Positions 38,113 to 50,959 of a stretch of DNA of 64,000 nt are shown here, piece by piece. The stretch comes from Podarcis filfolensis (lineage: Eukaryota), in assembly GCA_964270895.1 (NCBI GenBank), contig OZ185435.1. One strand, 5' to 3'. Each line of letters begins with the position of its first letter. The stretch's first letter is position 1. Below the pieces are notes generated by a model. The model was not told the DNA's origin. It was given only the letters and a program-made list of their open reading frames with translations, and did no database searches. A program made the translations under genes and the position numbers.

Positions 38113-38445
38113 ATCCTCACCATACATTTAAAACACTCTTCCACTAGTTTAACAGTTGTGGAGAATTCTGGGAACTGTAGTTTTTCAAGGGTCTGGGAAT
38201 TGTAGTTCTGTGAGGTCAGCATCCTTAACAAATTACAGTTCCCAGGATTCTTTGGGGGAAGCCATGGCCATTAAAGTAAGGTCACCAGATTTTTTTCAAT
38301 GAATCCAGGGACACTTTTTGACTTCAATTGATTTTGTATGGGGCCTGATTTGTCAATCCAGGGACTGTCTCCGGGAAACGGGGATGTCTGGTAACCTTAC
38401 ATTAAAGCAGTATAAGAGTGCTTTGAATGTATGGTGTGGATGTCA
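38113..38445. mobile_element. Palindromic MITE hosting a younger MITE
   Basis: Ends caccatacatttaaaacactc / gagtgctttgaatgtatggtg. Confidence 0.65.
38277..38399. mobile_element. hAT-type MITE
   Basis: TIRs taaggtcaccaga / tctggtaacctta; perfect 8-bp TSD cattaaag at 38269-38276 and 38400-38407. Confidence 0.85.
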
Positions 38446-38598
38446 CATGACTAGTGCTTTTTAAAAAAACAATCCACTATATAACATCCCACTTTCATTG
38501 ATAAAGGAAACCTCACAATGACTAATTTCTAGGTGAGCACTCTGTTCTGCAACAGAATAACCAAATGTTACTATTTGCTTCCACATTTCACTTAGGTA

Positions 38599-39089
38599 CA
38601 GTGGTACCTTGGTTCTCAAACTTAATCCGTTCCAGGCGTCAGTTCCAAAACCAAGGTGCACTTTCTCATAAAAAGTAACGCAAAATGGATTAATCCGTTC
38701 CAGACTTTTAAAAACAACCCCTCAAACAGCAATTTAACATGAATTTTACTATCTAACGAGACCATTGTTCCATAAAATGAAAGCAATAAACAATGTACTG
38801 CACTCACACAATCAATCAATCAGTAGCTGAACTGGGTTCCACACAGTCACAAAAACAAAACAAAAAACCTGCAAAAACAAGAACACAAAATAAATAGCAA
38901 AAACAGACAGACCTCAGCGTAACATTCAAAACGGTAGTGTGGCACTCAAATTGGAAGAATAACACTCAAAACGGAGCATGTTTGGCTTCTGAAGAAAGTT
39001 TGCAAACCAGAACACTTACTTCTGGGTTTGCAGTGTTTGGGTTCCAAGTTGTTTGGGTACCAAGGCGTTTGAGAACCAAGGTACCACTG
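38599..39089. mobile_element. Tc1/mariner-type MITE, long class
   Basis: TIRs CAGTGGTACCTTGGTTCTCAAAC; TA TSD. Confidence 0.93.
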
Positions 39090-40333
39090 TACAAGTATTT
39101 AGATTCTTCATGACTAGTATATTGGCTTTTGGTGCTGTTGTTGCAAAACAGAAGGAACAAGAGGCTCCCACTGCTGCTATTTCATTGCTGCATGATTGGG
39201 AAAAGGCCACATCAACTAAACAATCTTCATCAGTCCATGGCATAAATAGAAAATAATAATAATTGCAATATAATGAGTGTAGAGATTTAATGTTGAACTC
39301 ATTAGAGCAGAGAAGCTCCATTTGTTCAAATAATGTGGGATGGTTTTATAGTACATAATGCAAATAAAACCGTGGGAATCTTGATGTATAACAAGACCTC
39401 ACAGAGGCTTACATGGGGGACACCTTCACAGACTATTCCCTCCCCCTGCAAGACTATTATACCTGTGCTGTTCTTGGCTGTGTAGGATTCCAATAATGGT
39501 TTCATAACCCTTATGAACTTCATAAATCAAAGTTGCATCTAGGTAAAGCCTTTTTCAGGTGCTTAGTTTTAAGCACATAAATAGTTAAATACCTGTTTCA
39601 TGCATAATAAATACCTATTTCGTTCAATAATAAATTAGCAGCACTGACAGTTAACTATATCTATAAATCTTGCCAAGATTGCTGCCCTGAAAGTTTTTTC
39701 CCCTGTTCTAGAATTTACCATTTTTAGTTTGTTTGCTTTTTTACACTTTAGATCTGTCTTGCCGAGCAGCTGATAATTGCAGCCTTTATAGATGAAAATA
39801 TTAACCTATTAAACTTAGTGATGGATTAACCATTATGCCTCGTACTCTGCAGAGCAGCCCTGGCCCATTTGGGGTACCTGCTGTGATCTAATTACATTGG
39901 ATTTCCCAATGCAAACTTTTGCTCATCTTGCTGGCTGCCTAGAACTTCATCCCTGCTCTTTATGAATAACAATGGGAGCTGCTTATTTCCCTAGAAACAG
40001 AAGTGTCATGCAGGGTGGTGTTTTGTCTTTCAGATGTAGTACTACAATCCAAAGCACATATGCAGAGGTATCTGCACGCAGCCGACCTCAGCCTGTACTT
40101 TCTGTCCTTAAGATCTTTTGTAGCTCAGAAAGTAATCATTTCTCTGGACAGATTATGAACCTAGCAAAATGAGCACTTAACTTGCCCACTGGTCATGTTG
40201 TTAGTTTAGTTTTTTTGTGATGTTGTATATTTAGGTATTGAAACGGTATTTGGTTTGCATGTTTATGGCACTATCTGGCACTTCAAGGAATCGAAGAATA
40301 GATGTGCTTCAAATTCACATATTGTTTCAGGCA

Positions 40334-40692
40334 GAGCCAGTGTGGTGCAGTGGTTAGAGTAGGGGTCAGCAAACTTTTTCAGCAGGGGGCTGGTCCACTG
40401 TCCCTCAGACTTTGTGGGGGGCTGGACTATATTTTGGGGGGAATGAACAAATTCCTATGCCCCACAAATAACCCAGAGATACATTTTAAATAAAAGTACA
40501 CATTCTACTCATGTAAAAACAAGCTGATTTTTGGACCATCCACGGGCTGGATTTAGAAGGCGATTGGGCTGGATCCGCTCCCCGGGCCTTAGTTTGCCTA
40601 CCCATAGGTTAAGTATTGAACTAAGAACTGGGAGACCAGGGTTCAAAACCCTACTTGCATATGAAGTTGACTGAGTAGCCTTGAACCAGTCA
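40334..40692 (+). mobile_element. MIR-like SINE head split by a hAT MITE
   Basis: gagccagtgtggtgcagtggttagag | insert | gttaagtattgaac...gggttcaaaaccc. Confidence 0.7.
40360..40606. mobile_element. hAT-type MITE
   Basis: TIRs taggggtcagcaaact / agtttgcctacccata; degenerate TSD ggttagag/ggttaagt; homologous to 59818-60071. Confidence 0.85.
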
Positions 40693-40794
40693 ACTTCGCC
40701 CCCATCCCATCTAGCAAGTGCCTAGTTTTCATTTAAGGATTTTGTTATGGGCAGGCAACATGCTACATCTTTTGCCACAATTGCCATAATTCTA

Positions 40795-40943
40795 TTTTTT
40801 TTTATATAATATTTTTATTTTTTCCATATAAACACAACACAACAAACATAAACATACAAAGACAAAAACAGAACAAAAAACATGTATCATTTCATATCCT
40901 AATTTCATATACCTTTCTTCCCCGACTTCCTCATGCCTCCCCT
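40795..40943 (-). mobile_element. Severely 5'-truncated L1-type 3' UTR insertion
   Basis: Poly(T) tail on the plus strand; perfect 17-bp TSD caattgccataattcta at 40778-40794 and 40944-40960. Confidence 0.82.
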
Positions 40944-40989
40944 CAATTGCCATAATTCTAAATGGATTCCATGATGTCACAAGCAGAGC

Positions 40990-41410
40990 ACCTAAACAGG
41001 CCAGGGGAAGGGGAAGGGAGTAAACCTCAAGGACCACCTCTGGCCATATGAACCCACCTGGACCCTGTGATCATCATCTGAGGCCCTTCTTCATGACCCA
41101 AAGTGGTAACAGAAGAACAGGCCTTTTCTGCAGTGGCTCCCCACTTGCAGAATTTTCTTCTCAAGGAGGCTTGCCTAGTGCCATCATTATATATCTCTAG
41201 GCACCCGGTGAAAACATTCCTCTTCTCCCAGGTTTTTGCCTGATTAAATAATAATCTATGTTTTTTTAAACTGGGGAAGTATTGTTTTTCTTTGCTACAA
41301 TGTTATGTACTTTTGTGTTTTTATATTATAAACTGCCCTATTATCCTCAGATGAAGGCCAGTATAGAAATGTTGTTGTTGATGATGATGGTGGTGGTGAT
41401 GATGATGATG
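40990..41410 (+). mobile_element. Degraded L2 3' fragment
   Basis: ggccttttctgcagtggctcccc...gtgaaaacattcctc; trinucleotide tail. Confidence 0.7.
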
Positions 41411-41856
41411 CACTTATAGCTCAGCAGCTACAATGATGGTAGTGAGCCAAAGGTGGTCATCACAACCTTGTCAGCAGTGTGCTGTTCGGTGATGGAAATA
41501 TGAATGTCTCTGTACCATATGTTATTTTTGTAGACCTCTTCTCCATAAAGCATACCTCCTGTCAAGTCAAGGTTGTCTCCTCCAGATTAAGCAAGCTGTC
41601 ATTGGTTCCTGAATGTACATTGAAATGATTCTTACATATTATCCATCACCCCTTTCAGCTTTATCTGAGGATTCCTTTCTGAATTCATAAGCTTGGTCTC
41701 AATGCTAAAAATGGTTAATGAGATTCTTAAATGGTTAATTCCTGTTCCTAGTACCTGCCTCCCATGTTTAAGCCGTGTTTTAACGTGATTACATTTCAAA
41801 AAATCAGAATAATCTATAAATAATTCCTCACCCACTATGGCATGTGATATCCTCTA

Positions 41857-42491
41857 CAGTGGTACCTTGATTCTCAAATGCCTTGGTTCCCAAATGCCAA
41901 AAACCCAGAAGTAAGAGTTCTGGTTTGCGAATGTGTTTCGGAAGCCGACCATCTGATGCAGTTGTCGGCTATTGTTTCCAGAGCACCTGCCCGAATCAGA
42001 AGCTGTGCCTTGGTTTTTAAACATTTCAGAAGTCAAACAGACTTCCGGAATGGATTAAGTTTGGTGCTTTTGTTTTCGATGCTTTTTCAGTTAATTTGTT
42101 TTTGTGAAAGTGTGGAACCCAGTTCACCTACTGATTGATTGATTGATTGATTGTGTGACTGCAAAAATGGATAAAAGTCCTCCATTTGAACAATGACTAT
42201 CATCGGTGCAGGTACGAAAACAAATTAATTTTAATTTTATCATCTTCAATACTGTCTTATTTATTTTATAGTACAGTACATTGATTATTGCTTTCATTTT
42301 ATGGATCAATAGTCTCATTAGATAGTGAAATTCATGTTAAATTGCTGTCTTAGGGGTTGTTTTTAAAAGTCTGGAACAGATTAATCCGTTTTGAATTACT
42401 TTCTATGGGAAAGCGTGCCTTGGTTTTGGAACGCTTTGGGTTTGGAACGGACTTCTGGAACGGATTAAGTTTGAGAACCAAGGTACCACTG
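41857..42491. mobile_element. Tc1/mariner-type MITE, long class (opposite orientation)
   Basis: TIRs cagtggtaccttg / caaggtaccactg; TA TSD. Confidence 0.92.
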
Positions 42492-42779
42492 TACTTCAAA
42501 GCTTTCTCTTCTCTTAATATGGAAGTAGTAGTTTTACCTAAACAACTAGTTACTGCCTTGGTAGAGCAGGTGAAGACAAATTTGCTGACAGCCTTTATTT
42601 GAACTGCATACTAAACACTTTTCTATAGGGCCAATTCCCACTTTACTTTTGGAAAGATACATATGTACTTCATACATACGTCTGCATGGACCGTTGTTTT
42701 TTTTTACTCTGATACTTGTGCTTGATTATAAAAGTTAGTGTGTATCATCCATGGCTTCCTGGTAAGCAGATAAGATCCT

Positions 42780-42925
42780 TCTGGATCAGATTAATGGCCC
42801 ATTTAGCTCAGCATCCTATTCCCACAGTGCCCAATCAGGGCATGAGCACAACAGCACTCTGTCCACTTGGGTCTCGAGAGAACACTCCTGCTCCTAGGCA
42901 TCATAACTAGCAGCAGTAGATACTC
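42780..42925 (-). mobile_element. CR1-like 3' fragment
   Basis: tggcccatttagctcagcatcctattcccacagtg...; degraded. Confidence 0.5.
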
Positions 42926-42985
42926 TTACCATTGTTAAGGTTTAATTATTCTTACTGATATACTGATGCTATGTTTTACTTACCA

Positions 42986-43256
42986 ATAGGGAACCAGGCA
43001 GAGGGCCTTCTCGGTAGTGGTGCCTGCCCTGTGGAAAGCCCTCCCATCAGATGTCAAGGAAATAAACAACTATCTGACTTTTAGAAGACATCTGAAGGCA
43101 GCCCCATTTAGGGAAGTTTTTAATGTTTGATATTTTATTGTATTTTTTATATTCTGTTGGGAGCTGCCCAGAGTGGCTGGGGAAACCCATCCAGATGGGT
43201 GAGGAATGAATGAATGAATGAATAAAAAAATAAAAAAATAAAAAATAAAAAAAATT
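42986..43256 (+). mobile_element. Young L2 3' fragment
   Basis: Reverse complement of about 21050-21280; (GAAT)n/(A)n tail. Confidence 0.9.
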
Positions 43257-44949
43257 CATTAAACCTTTGCTTCCATTAGGGAAGGGGGACAATTTCGTTC
43301 CCACTGCAATTTGAAGTGAACGTCCTTGGTTTCTGTAGTCTGTGCTTGGAATGGAACACAGATCTATGGTTATTTCAAGATCTACACATCCTTCCTCAAC
43401 AAGTTTCAATCACATACATTTTGAGAAATAGTGGCATGAGGGGGCCTTTCCCAAAAAATATTTTCTTTTCTCTTTTTTAACTGTTTAAAGCTGCTATTTC
43501 AAATTGTAGCCCCTGCCATTTAGTGTAAAAACACTACTGAAAACACTCCAGGAATTAGCAACACATAATGAAGTGCCTTCACTTCCTGGGTAATTGTAAA
43601 GAACAGAATGAAAAGATGGCTGCTCCCATTTACTGATGGGGGCAACTATCTTTTTATTCCATATAATGTCCTTGATACCCTTTGCCTTTCATATCTACCC
43701 ATTATTTGTATTAATGTTTGGGGGCAGGGACAAATAAAGGATAGTTTTAAATAAATTACTGATCCAGATTTGCAGGCTGATGCAATTTGAGTTGCAAGGT
43801 ATATGCTGCCTATGATGCAACAAAAAGGAAAGATAGTAAACCCATCAAAAACAAGTCACATTATTTTTAGAAAAACAAATCATGTTTCTGGACTGGTCAG
43901 GCTGTTGCCAAGAGAAGAATTTGAGGTGATACTAGAAGATGCAGAGGTATTATGCTTCCCTTACGTTCCTGTGGATTTGCTGGTGAAGCTTCTGAACATT
44001 GCAGTGGATTCACTGTGGAGGTGTAGAAAGCAAGCTCTCATGAAATTACATTATTCAAAAGGTGTGAGATTGTATATTAGGTTAGGCCAATGCCAGAAGT
44101 AGAAGAAAGCAGAAACATTTATATTGTCTGGACTTCTGTGACTAATCCGTTAGTTTTTAGTATAAACAACTTTCAGAAAAGATATTTTCACAAGATGCAG
44201 GAACAGCTTTTTCAATATACATTTTAGATTTTGTCCATGGAAGGGGCTGTTGTTAAGGAATGCAGTTAATGGGTTAATTCTCCACAAATCAGCAGAGATG
44301 ATTCATTCCCCACAATGCAGCTGCAGCCATCTTGTGACTCTCTTATTTATGGTATTGGGCAGATTTGACTTGTAACTTTGTGTATTAAAGGACTCAGAGT
44401 TACAGTGTGTTGTGTAGGAGAACGCTGCATTGCTGGGCCCAGTTCAAAGTACTGGGCTAGTGATGTCACTGGTAACAGGAGTTACAGAAACTCTGGAGGA
44501 TCACAAAACAAAACCGATGAAAATTATTCTACATTTAGTGGAATATGATTGAAATGGTTAGTTCCCAAGTGCAAGTTCTTCAGCACATCTGTTAAGTGTA
44601 TTTGGTGCTTGTTATTTCACAGACCTTGACCTTGACAAGTTGTTGGCTTTGAAGGATTGACCAAGGTCAAGGAAAGTGAATTCCTATGATACAGAAGAAC
44701 TGTAGAAAGGTACTTGTACAAATGTGTACAAAGCCTTTGACACCAGAAGAAACAGTAGAAGTAGAAAAGAAAGCATACAGCAGACTTGTAAGGAGTTTTC
44801 AAGAATCTGGAAAACAATAGACTAATTAAAGTTAAAACCATTTAAAACCAAGTGCGTCTGCACTGGATTTTGCTGCATTGGATGCTTTGTATATGTTACA
44901 GTACACGGAATAGCACTGTATTAATAAGAAGAAGGGGGAAAGCAGGATA

Positions 44950-45165
44950 CAGTGGTATCTTGGGTTGCAAACACCTCGGGTTACAAACACTTCGGGTTAC
45001 AGACTCCGCTAACCTGGAAGTAGTACCTCGGGTTACGAACTCTACCTCAGGATTGTGAACAGAAATTGCACCCCATTAGCTAAAGTGGTACCTCAGGTTA
45101 AGAACGGTTTCAGGTTAAGAATGGACCTCCAGAACGAATTAAGTTCATAACCAGAGGAACCACTG
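44950..45165. mobile_element. Tc1/mariner-type MITE, short class
   Basis: Degenerate TIRs cagtggtatct / gaggaaccactg; TA TSD. Confidence 0.88.
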
Positions 45166-45647
45166 TAGTTGAAAATCCCGCTCAAGAATTATGTGCAAGT
45201 AACTCATCGTCTCCAGGTAACAAGGAGTCTGCTTTGGGTCCTCTACACAGGTGTGGGATGAAGGAGCATGCCCAAACTTTGCAGGCACATAACCACCACC
45301 TCAAGAGTAGTGATACCACTCAGATGAAACATTGTCTCTAGTGGAGAGTAGGTGTTCCAAGGAGGCAGGGAGTGGAACAGAGTGAAAACCTTCTCTCTCA
45401 GGTCCGCTCTGGGCCATAAACAGAAGGTTTTGGCATTGCCATCACTGACTTCCCTGCCCATCTTCTGAGTATTGTTCTCATTGCTGTGGTCAGAGGTTAG
45501 CTAATGCCTGATGGGGCTGGGAATGTTTGACTAGGCCCAGCGTGGTAGGGTTATTGTCTTCCTCACAGCAAATATTTTTTTTAAAAATGTTTGTTGGTAT
45601 TACCTGTGGTAGAATTTGTCACACAGACAGGTGCCAACAATCTCATT

Positions 45648-45901
45648 GAAGAAGAAGAAGAAGAAGAGTTTGGATTTGATATCCCAGCTTTCACTCCCCT
45701 TCAGGAGTCTCAAAGCGGCTAACATTCTCCTTTCCCTTCCTCCCCCACAACAAATACTCTGTGAGGTGAGTGGGGCTGAGAGACTTCAAAGAAGTGTGAC
45801 TGGCCCAAGGTCACCCAGCAGCTGCATGTGGAGGAGCAGAGACGCGAACCCGGTTCCCCAGATTACGAGACTACCACTCTTAACCACTACACCACACTGG
45901 C
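45648..45901 (-). mobile_element. tRNA-head/CORE (Squam3-type) SINE
   Basis: Near-identical to 12911-13157; (CTT)n tail. Confidence 0.92.
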
Positions 45902-46211
45902 ACTGACATTGGGTTGGAGCCGCATTTGGAGTAAGCAGGAAGTGGGCAGTCTGCTTCCCCCTAGGCGATCCCTCTCAAGGGTCTTAGGGTGCTGCCTTAA
46001 GGCTTCAGCTCCAGCTGGGGAGGCTGGCTCAGTTACGCCCCCCATTGTTTAAAGGTGCTTGTTTTACACTGTGGCAGCTTGGAATGGTAGCATTGGCTAG
46101 CTATTGGGTTGCCTGGATCATAGGAACAGGGGTATGAACAGGGGAATGCCTTATACAGAATAAAACCAAGGGTCCATCTAACTAAATATTATTTACAAGA
46201 GTTTGCTTCAA

Positions 46212-46338
46212 CGCTGGGTCTCCAAACATTGTTGAACTGTTTCTTTCATCAATCTCAACCAGTTTAGCCAGCACTCAGGAATAATGGGAATTGTTGTAGT
46301 CCAACAATATCTAGTTACCCAAGGTTGAAGAATGCTGG
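46212..46338. mobile_element. Short palindromic MITE-like repeat
   Basis: aaacattgttgaac...gtagtccaacaatatct; degraded member of the 4295 family. Confidence 0.45.
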
Positions 46339-47271
46339 TCTACACGGATGGGCAGCAACTCTCCAGGGTTTCAGTAAGACCTTTGCTCTATCCCTCGCCA
46401 GCCATGGTGAGCCATAGCCAACAAAGTTGTGGCCATTTTAAACCCACCTCCGACTGTGAGTATTAATTGCTCCCTCTTGCCACACTGTACTGCATATGAG
46501 TGCTAAGAGCCGAATTTCTTGACTTCAAATGAGCTATTTCTGAGAAACTCAGTTAATCATAACTCAAAACAAGCATTCTAGGACCATTAAAGGAATAACA
46601 GGAATAACCAACCAAACTTTAGATTAAAAAAAGAATGCTTTCTAACAGAAATCCAGGCTCTGGACTCAAAAAATGAATCAAGAAATGGATTCCTCCTTCC
46701 AACATTACACTTCAGTATAAAATGACAAATGCTAAAGAAAGAAAACAACTTTCTTGCTAGACCTTTAGCTTTGCCTAAAATACCAGAGCTCCTGAGTGCC
46801 TTTGTTTTAAAAAAAATGATTGCAAGAATTTTTTTTTTTTAGCTTGGGCAAAATAATATATTTTTCATAATCTTGGAGCTGAAAAAGATTGAACTGCTTT
46901 CAAAGATTTTTATACATATACATCATTCTGGTGAAGTCTTGAGGTATGGAAAATTTCATCTCCAACAGACTGAAAAATTGATGTAAATTGAAGCATCTAA
47001 GGACAGAGTTTTACAATGGAAGGTGAGTGAAAATCTTGATGGTATGTAGCTTAATCTTCTGTCTTAATATTATCTCCTTAAACTTAATCTTGAACATAAC
47101 ACTAATGCACTGCACTTCAGTAGATCTGTCTTCATTATCGTCATTTTCTTGAAGCAGCACAAACTTTAACATTTTTTGAGATGTGAAGTTTGTTTCTGAG
47201 TTTGATTTGGTTTAGATTTCATAATGTTTTGTGGGATTTTGGAAGGAAATGATATCCACACATTATTTTAA

Positions 47272-47525
47272 GTTACAGATAGGTAGCCGTGTTGGTCTGC
47301 CATAGTCAAAACAAAAAAAATCTTATCACAGCTATCTGCCAATCACCCATTCCCACCACCCTTCTGAGTAATACCCCTCCCCACCTTCTCACTATATAGA
47401 AGGATCTGGCAACTTCTGTTTCAGTGTATCTGAAGAAGTGTGCATGCACACGAAAGCTCATACCAAGAACTAACTTAGTTGGTCTTTAAGGTGCTACTGG
47501 AAGGAAATTTTTTTTTTTTGTTTTG
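47272..47525 (+). mobile_element. Penelope-like element remnant (pseudo-LTR plus inverted terminal piece)
   Basis: 47272-47330 is the inverse of the element 3' end (...tttgttttgac, also present in sense at 47515-47527); body ends ctttaaggtgctactggaagg; 12-bp TSD acattattttaa at 47260-47271 and 47526-47537. Confidence 0.85.
47426..47463 (+). ncRNA. Minimal hammerhead ribozyme motif
   Basis: GTAT-CTGAAGA-A-GTGTGCATGCACAC-GAA-AGCT-C-ATAC: stem I, core, stem II, GAAA, palindromic stem III and cleavage triplet. Confidence 0.7.
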
Positions 47526-47669
47526 ACATTATTTTAACTATTTTGTTCAATCTCCACAAAAAAGGTCTCAAAGCAACTTGAAGCAGTACAATTAATACAA
47601 ATGCAATTCAAAACAAATACAACATTTAAAATCAACAATACACTAAAAGTGATTATCCAGAATAGGAAC

Positions 47670-47818
47670 ATTGGAAGTTGGTCCAGTTGGCCTATCTACA
47701 CTGACTGACAGCAGCCCTCCATGTTTTCAGAAAGGGAATATCTCCCTACTACCTGGAAACACCAAGCATTGAAAGTGGGGCCTTTGTGCATACAAGGCAG
47801 ATCCTCTACCACTGAACA
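47670..47818 (-). mobile_element. tRNA-derived SINE with CR1-like tail
   Basis: Homologous to 17545-17718. Confidence 0.65.
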
Positions 47819-48155
47819 ATAACTAATAAACAAAATGTATTTCCCCACACAACACAAATATGACAAATATCCTACCTGCAATAGCTGCAAGATCCACAAA
47901 AATATTGCACTTAAATTATTGGTGCAATAAAAATGTATTCACCTGGCACTTAACTTATGTCACTGTTGGCACCAGGTGAGCATACTTGAGAATATCAAAC
48001 AAATAGCAAGTAGCAACCGAAAAGCTTGTTCTCCTATTGTCACTTTTCCTAGACAGAACATACAGGGAAGATACTCTGATGATTATCTTACTATCTGGGC
48101 TAATTTGTATAGGGGATTGTGGTTGTCCATGAGGTTTTGGACGAAGCCACATTTT

Positions 48156-48162
48156 ACACACA

Positions 48163-48204
<42 letters not shown>
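48156..48204. repeat. Compound microsatellite (CA)n(GA)n
   Basis: Direct. Confidence 0.97.
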
Positions 48205-50959
48205 CTTCCAATGGAATCAAGATCTTTTGGTTTCTGTTCACTTGGAGCTCCATTGTGATTTGATAGCCTCTGCTAATCAAAGTTCCCGCTATGCTTTGCC
48301 CCTTCACTCCAAAATTCATTGCAACATAAAATCATAGAATTGTAGAGTAGTAATCACAATCTTGGAACTATGGTTTGTTTCAGTGCTCACAATTAAATTG
48401 TAATTCCCATCATACGCCTTCTCCCACTGCAAGATCTTGGGCAGTTATGCTTGGCTTGCTTCAGTGCTGTCCATCAAATTACTTCCAATTACTGTCATGG
48501 TGTACCCTTTCTTCAGCCCTCTACCTCTTGGTAGATGTGGTGAAGTGAGTGGTGGTACCCCACCATGCCACTGTATACTGAGACATCCATTGAGCAAGAT
48601 AATTTAGGAAAAGAAAATGTACTTAGCACGTTTAATTTACATATTTGCAAAGAGTATGTCACAGATTTTAAAAATTCTGAGTTATCTGTTTGGCTTTTGA
48701 TATTAATCAGGAAAATGTCCTCCTTATTAAAGATGTGCGTGTGGTTTTTTGATTCCGGACCGACCATGGCTCTTCTGCTGCTAAAAGCAGCAAGGGGTGG
48801 GGAAATGGATTTCCCCTTTGTTTTAATTGGTTTTAGTCCAGCTGGATTCTTTGCAAACCTGAAGAAGAAATGCCAGGGGAGTAGCTCAGGGGCACAGGGG
48901 GCTCGATACGACCGTGAAGAGGAGGTCAAATGTGCAAAGGTGTTGAAGTGAAAGAAACTCATTTCTTTCTTTTTTTTTCTCTCTCTGCTGGATAGAGCAA
49001 AAGCATCAGTATTTTGTAAGTACTGGAACAATAAGACAGGAGGGGGAAAATAGTTCTTACTGGGATCTTTGCCCTCTTCAGACATTTGTTTAAATGTTTG
49101 CTGGCTGAAAGTGAGCAGCAGGAGAGATGCACACACAATCCCAACTACCAACACCCCCACGTGTGCCGGCTCGACTTTTGATCTTTGTGTGCTGAGTGAG
49201 AAAGTCTGACATTCATTCAACTGAGCGAGGTTAGAAACCTCCACAGAAGAGGGGACTCTACCTTATCAGGGTTCCTGATTGCAGGAAGACTTCTAACTGC
49301 ATTCAGCTGAACGTGATTTAAAATCTATTTGGACTTTTATGCTCAACGCATAAAGGTTGGAAGTGGGACTGACCTCCTCATCCCAATATGCACCTCATCC
49401 CAATTTTAAGATCTCATCTGTTTACCTAAATGCTTGAATACTTGTAACCTGGGATTTCAGCCCATCTGGAATTTCCTTTATCTGGTAGAACTGGGTGTGT
49501 ACAAACTGTTTTACCAGAAAATGATTGATGTCATTGTTGATTTCAGGTTACTGACAAGGCCCACCTATGTAATCTTGTTAGACTACTGAAATATGCATAG
49601 GTGCTGAAAGATATAGCCCCATAGAGTTTCCAGGCCGATGCTTTCTACACAGAGAAACAAAGGGCTATTGTACAGCAAACCTTTAGCATTCAATCTGAAA
49701 TTTCACATAAAGTTATGGAACAATGAGAGTGCTCTAACCCCGTTTAATAAAAGCTGACATCACTGGCGAACGATGGGTGGTGGTATTGCTTTGGTTTCCT
49801 TAAGAAGCAACATTTAAATATGATTTTATCCTTGCACACAGTTTCTTGAAACACAGCAAGGCAAATTCAATCACATCAATGTAGATGGTTATTCCAGCAA
49901 TGGAAAATTTGGCCCTGTCAGCGGCAAGCATCTTAAATTGATGAAAGCTCAATATCTGGCATGCTCAGCTTTCCATTGTCAAGTTTTTATACATACAAGA
50001 TGCATCGAGTGACTCAGATAACGTTAATAAATTACACAATGGCATAACTGCGCACACATGCATTGAAAAACCAAATGAAAAAGATGTGTCACACAGCAGC
50101 TTAGCAATTAATGTTATAGCACAAAACAAAACATCTTCACATATACTTTGACAGCACAGGTTTTAATAAAGGAAATTAAATGTTTATGTTCTTGCTACCA
50201 TCAACAGAGCCTTTCAGAAGCAGAAAGGGCAATAACACTGTAAATAGTGAGTTTATCCAGAGCACTGTAGTCTGCAGATGCTTCTTGTATAAATCTATTC
50301 TTTCTAGGTGAATGTTATGGGTTTTATGCCTTTTGGACTGAATAATTTGTTTTCCTTCAAAATAAATTTACAATGCATGATCCTCCCCATTCCCAAATTC
50401 TACAGTGTCTGGAGTAGGCTAAAAAAGAAAACAAAAGAGGGAAAGGGGGGGAATACAAAACTGAACAGTATCTAAATTGCTATGTGTAAGAGCCCAGAGA
50501 TGATTCTGCAGAAGAATTTTTAGCAAACATCAAAAGTAAGCAATCTCTCTGTTTTTAGGCATAGGCCACAATCTGCCCCCTTGGCACTCTTACATTCATA
50601 GAGTGAAGTAGAAAGCTGGAAACTAATTTTTTTCTTTTCCAAGAAAAAAAAAATGCTTGTGTAAAGAGCAACAGAATGAGAGAGAGACCGAAAAAGAGAG
50701 ACAGAGCGATAGGCTATACAGAATTAGGTTTTCAGGCATGCATGAGAGAGAATTAAAGACAAAAGGAGGAATGATGAGAATAAAAGTGAATTATGACATT
50801 GAGCTGCATGTATCTTTGCCGCAAACTTTTTTATAAAATGGCAAAAAACCCTAAAGAACTTAGAAGACTGTCATCATGTGGAGGGGACTGATGGGGGAGA
50901 GAGATTGCTTAAATAATTGCTGGTTACGTGCTTCACTGTCCTGGTCAGGGAATAGAGAG

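Noticed and set aside
43803-44102. 99-aa plus-strand ORF
   Set aside because: No recognisable homology or matching splice signals on this strand.
48513-49244. Longest non-TE ORF (243 aa, minus strand)
   Set aside because: It runs through low-complexity purine/pyrimidine tracts (RERKKKKE), has no recognisable domain or clear exon boundaries, and is probably a chance frame.
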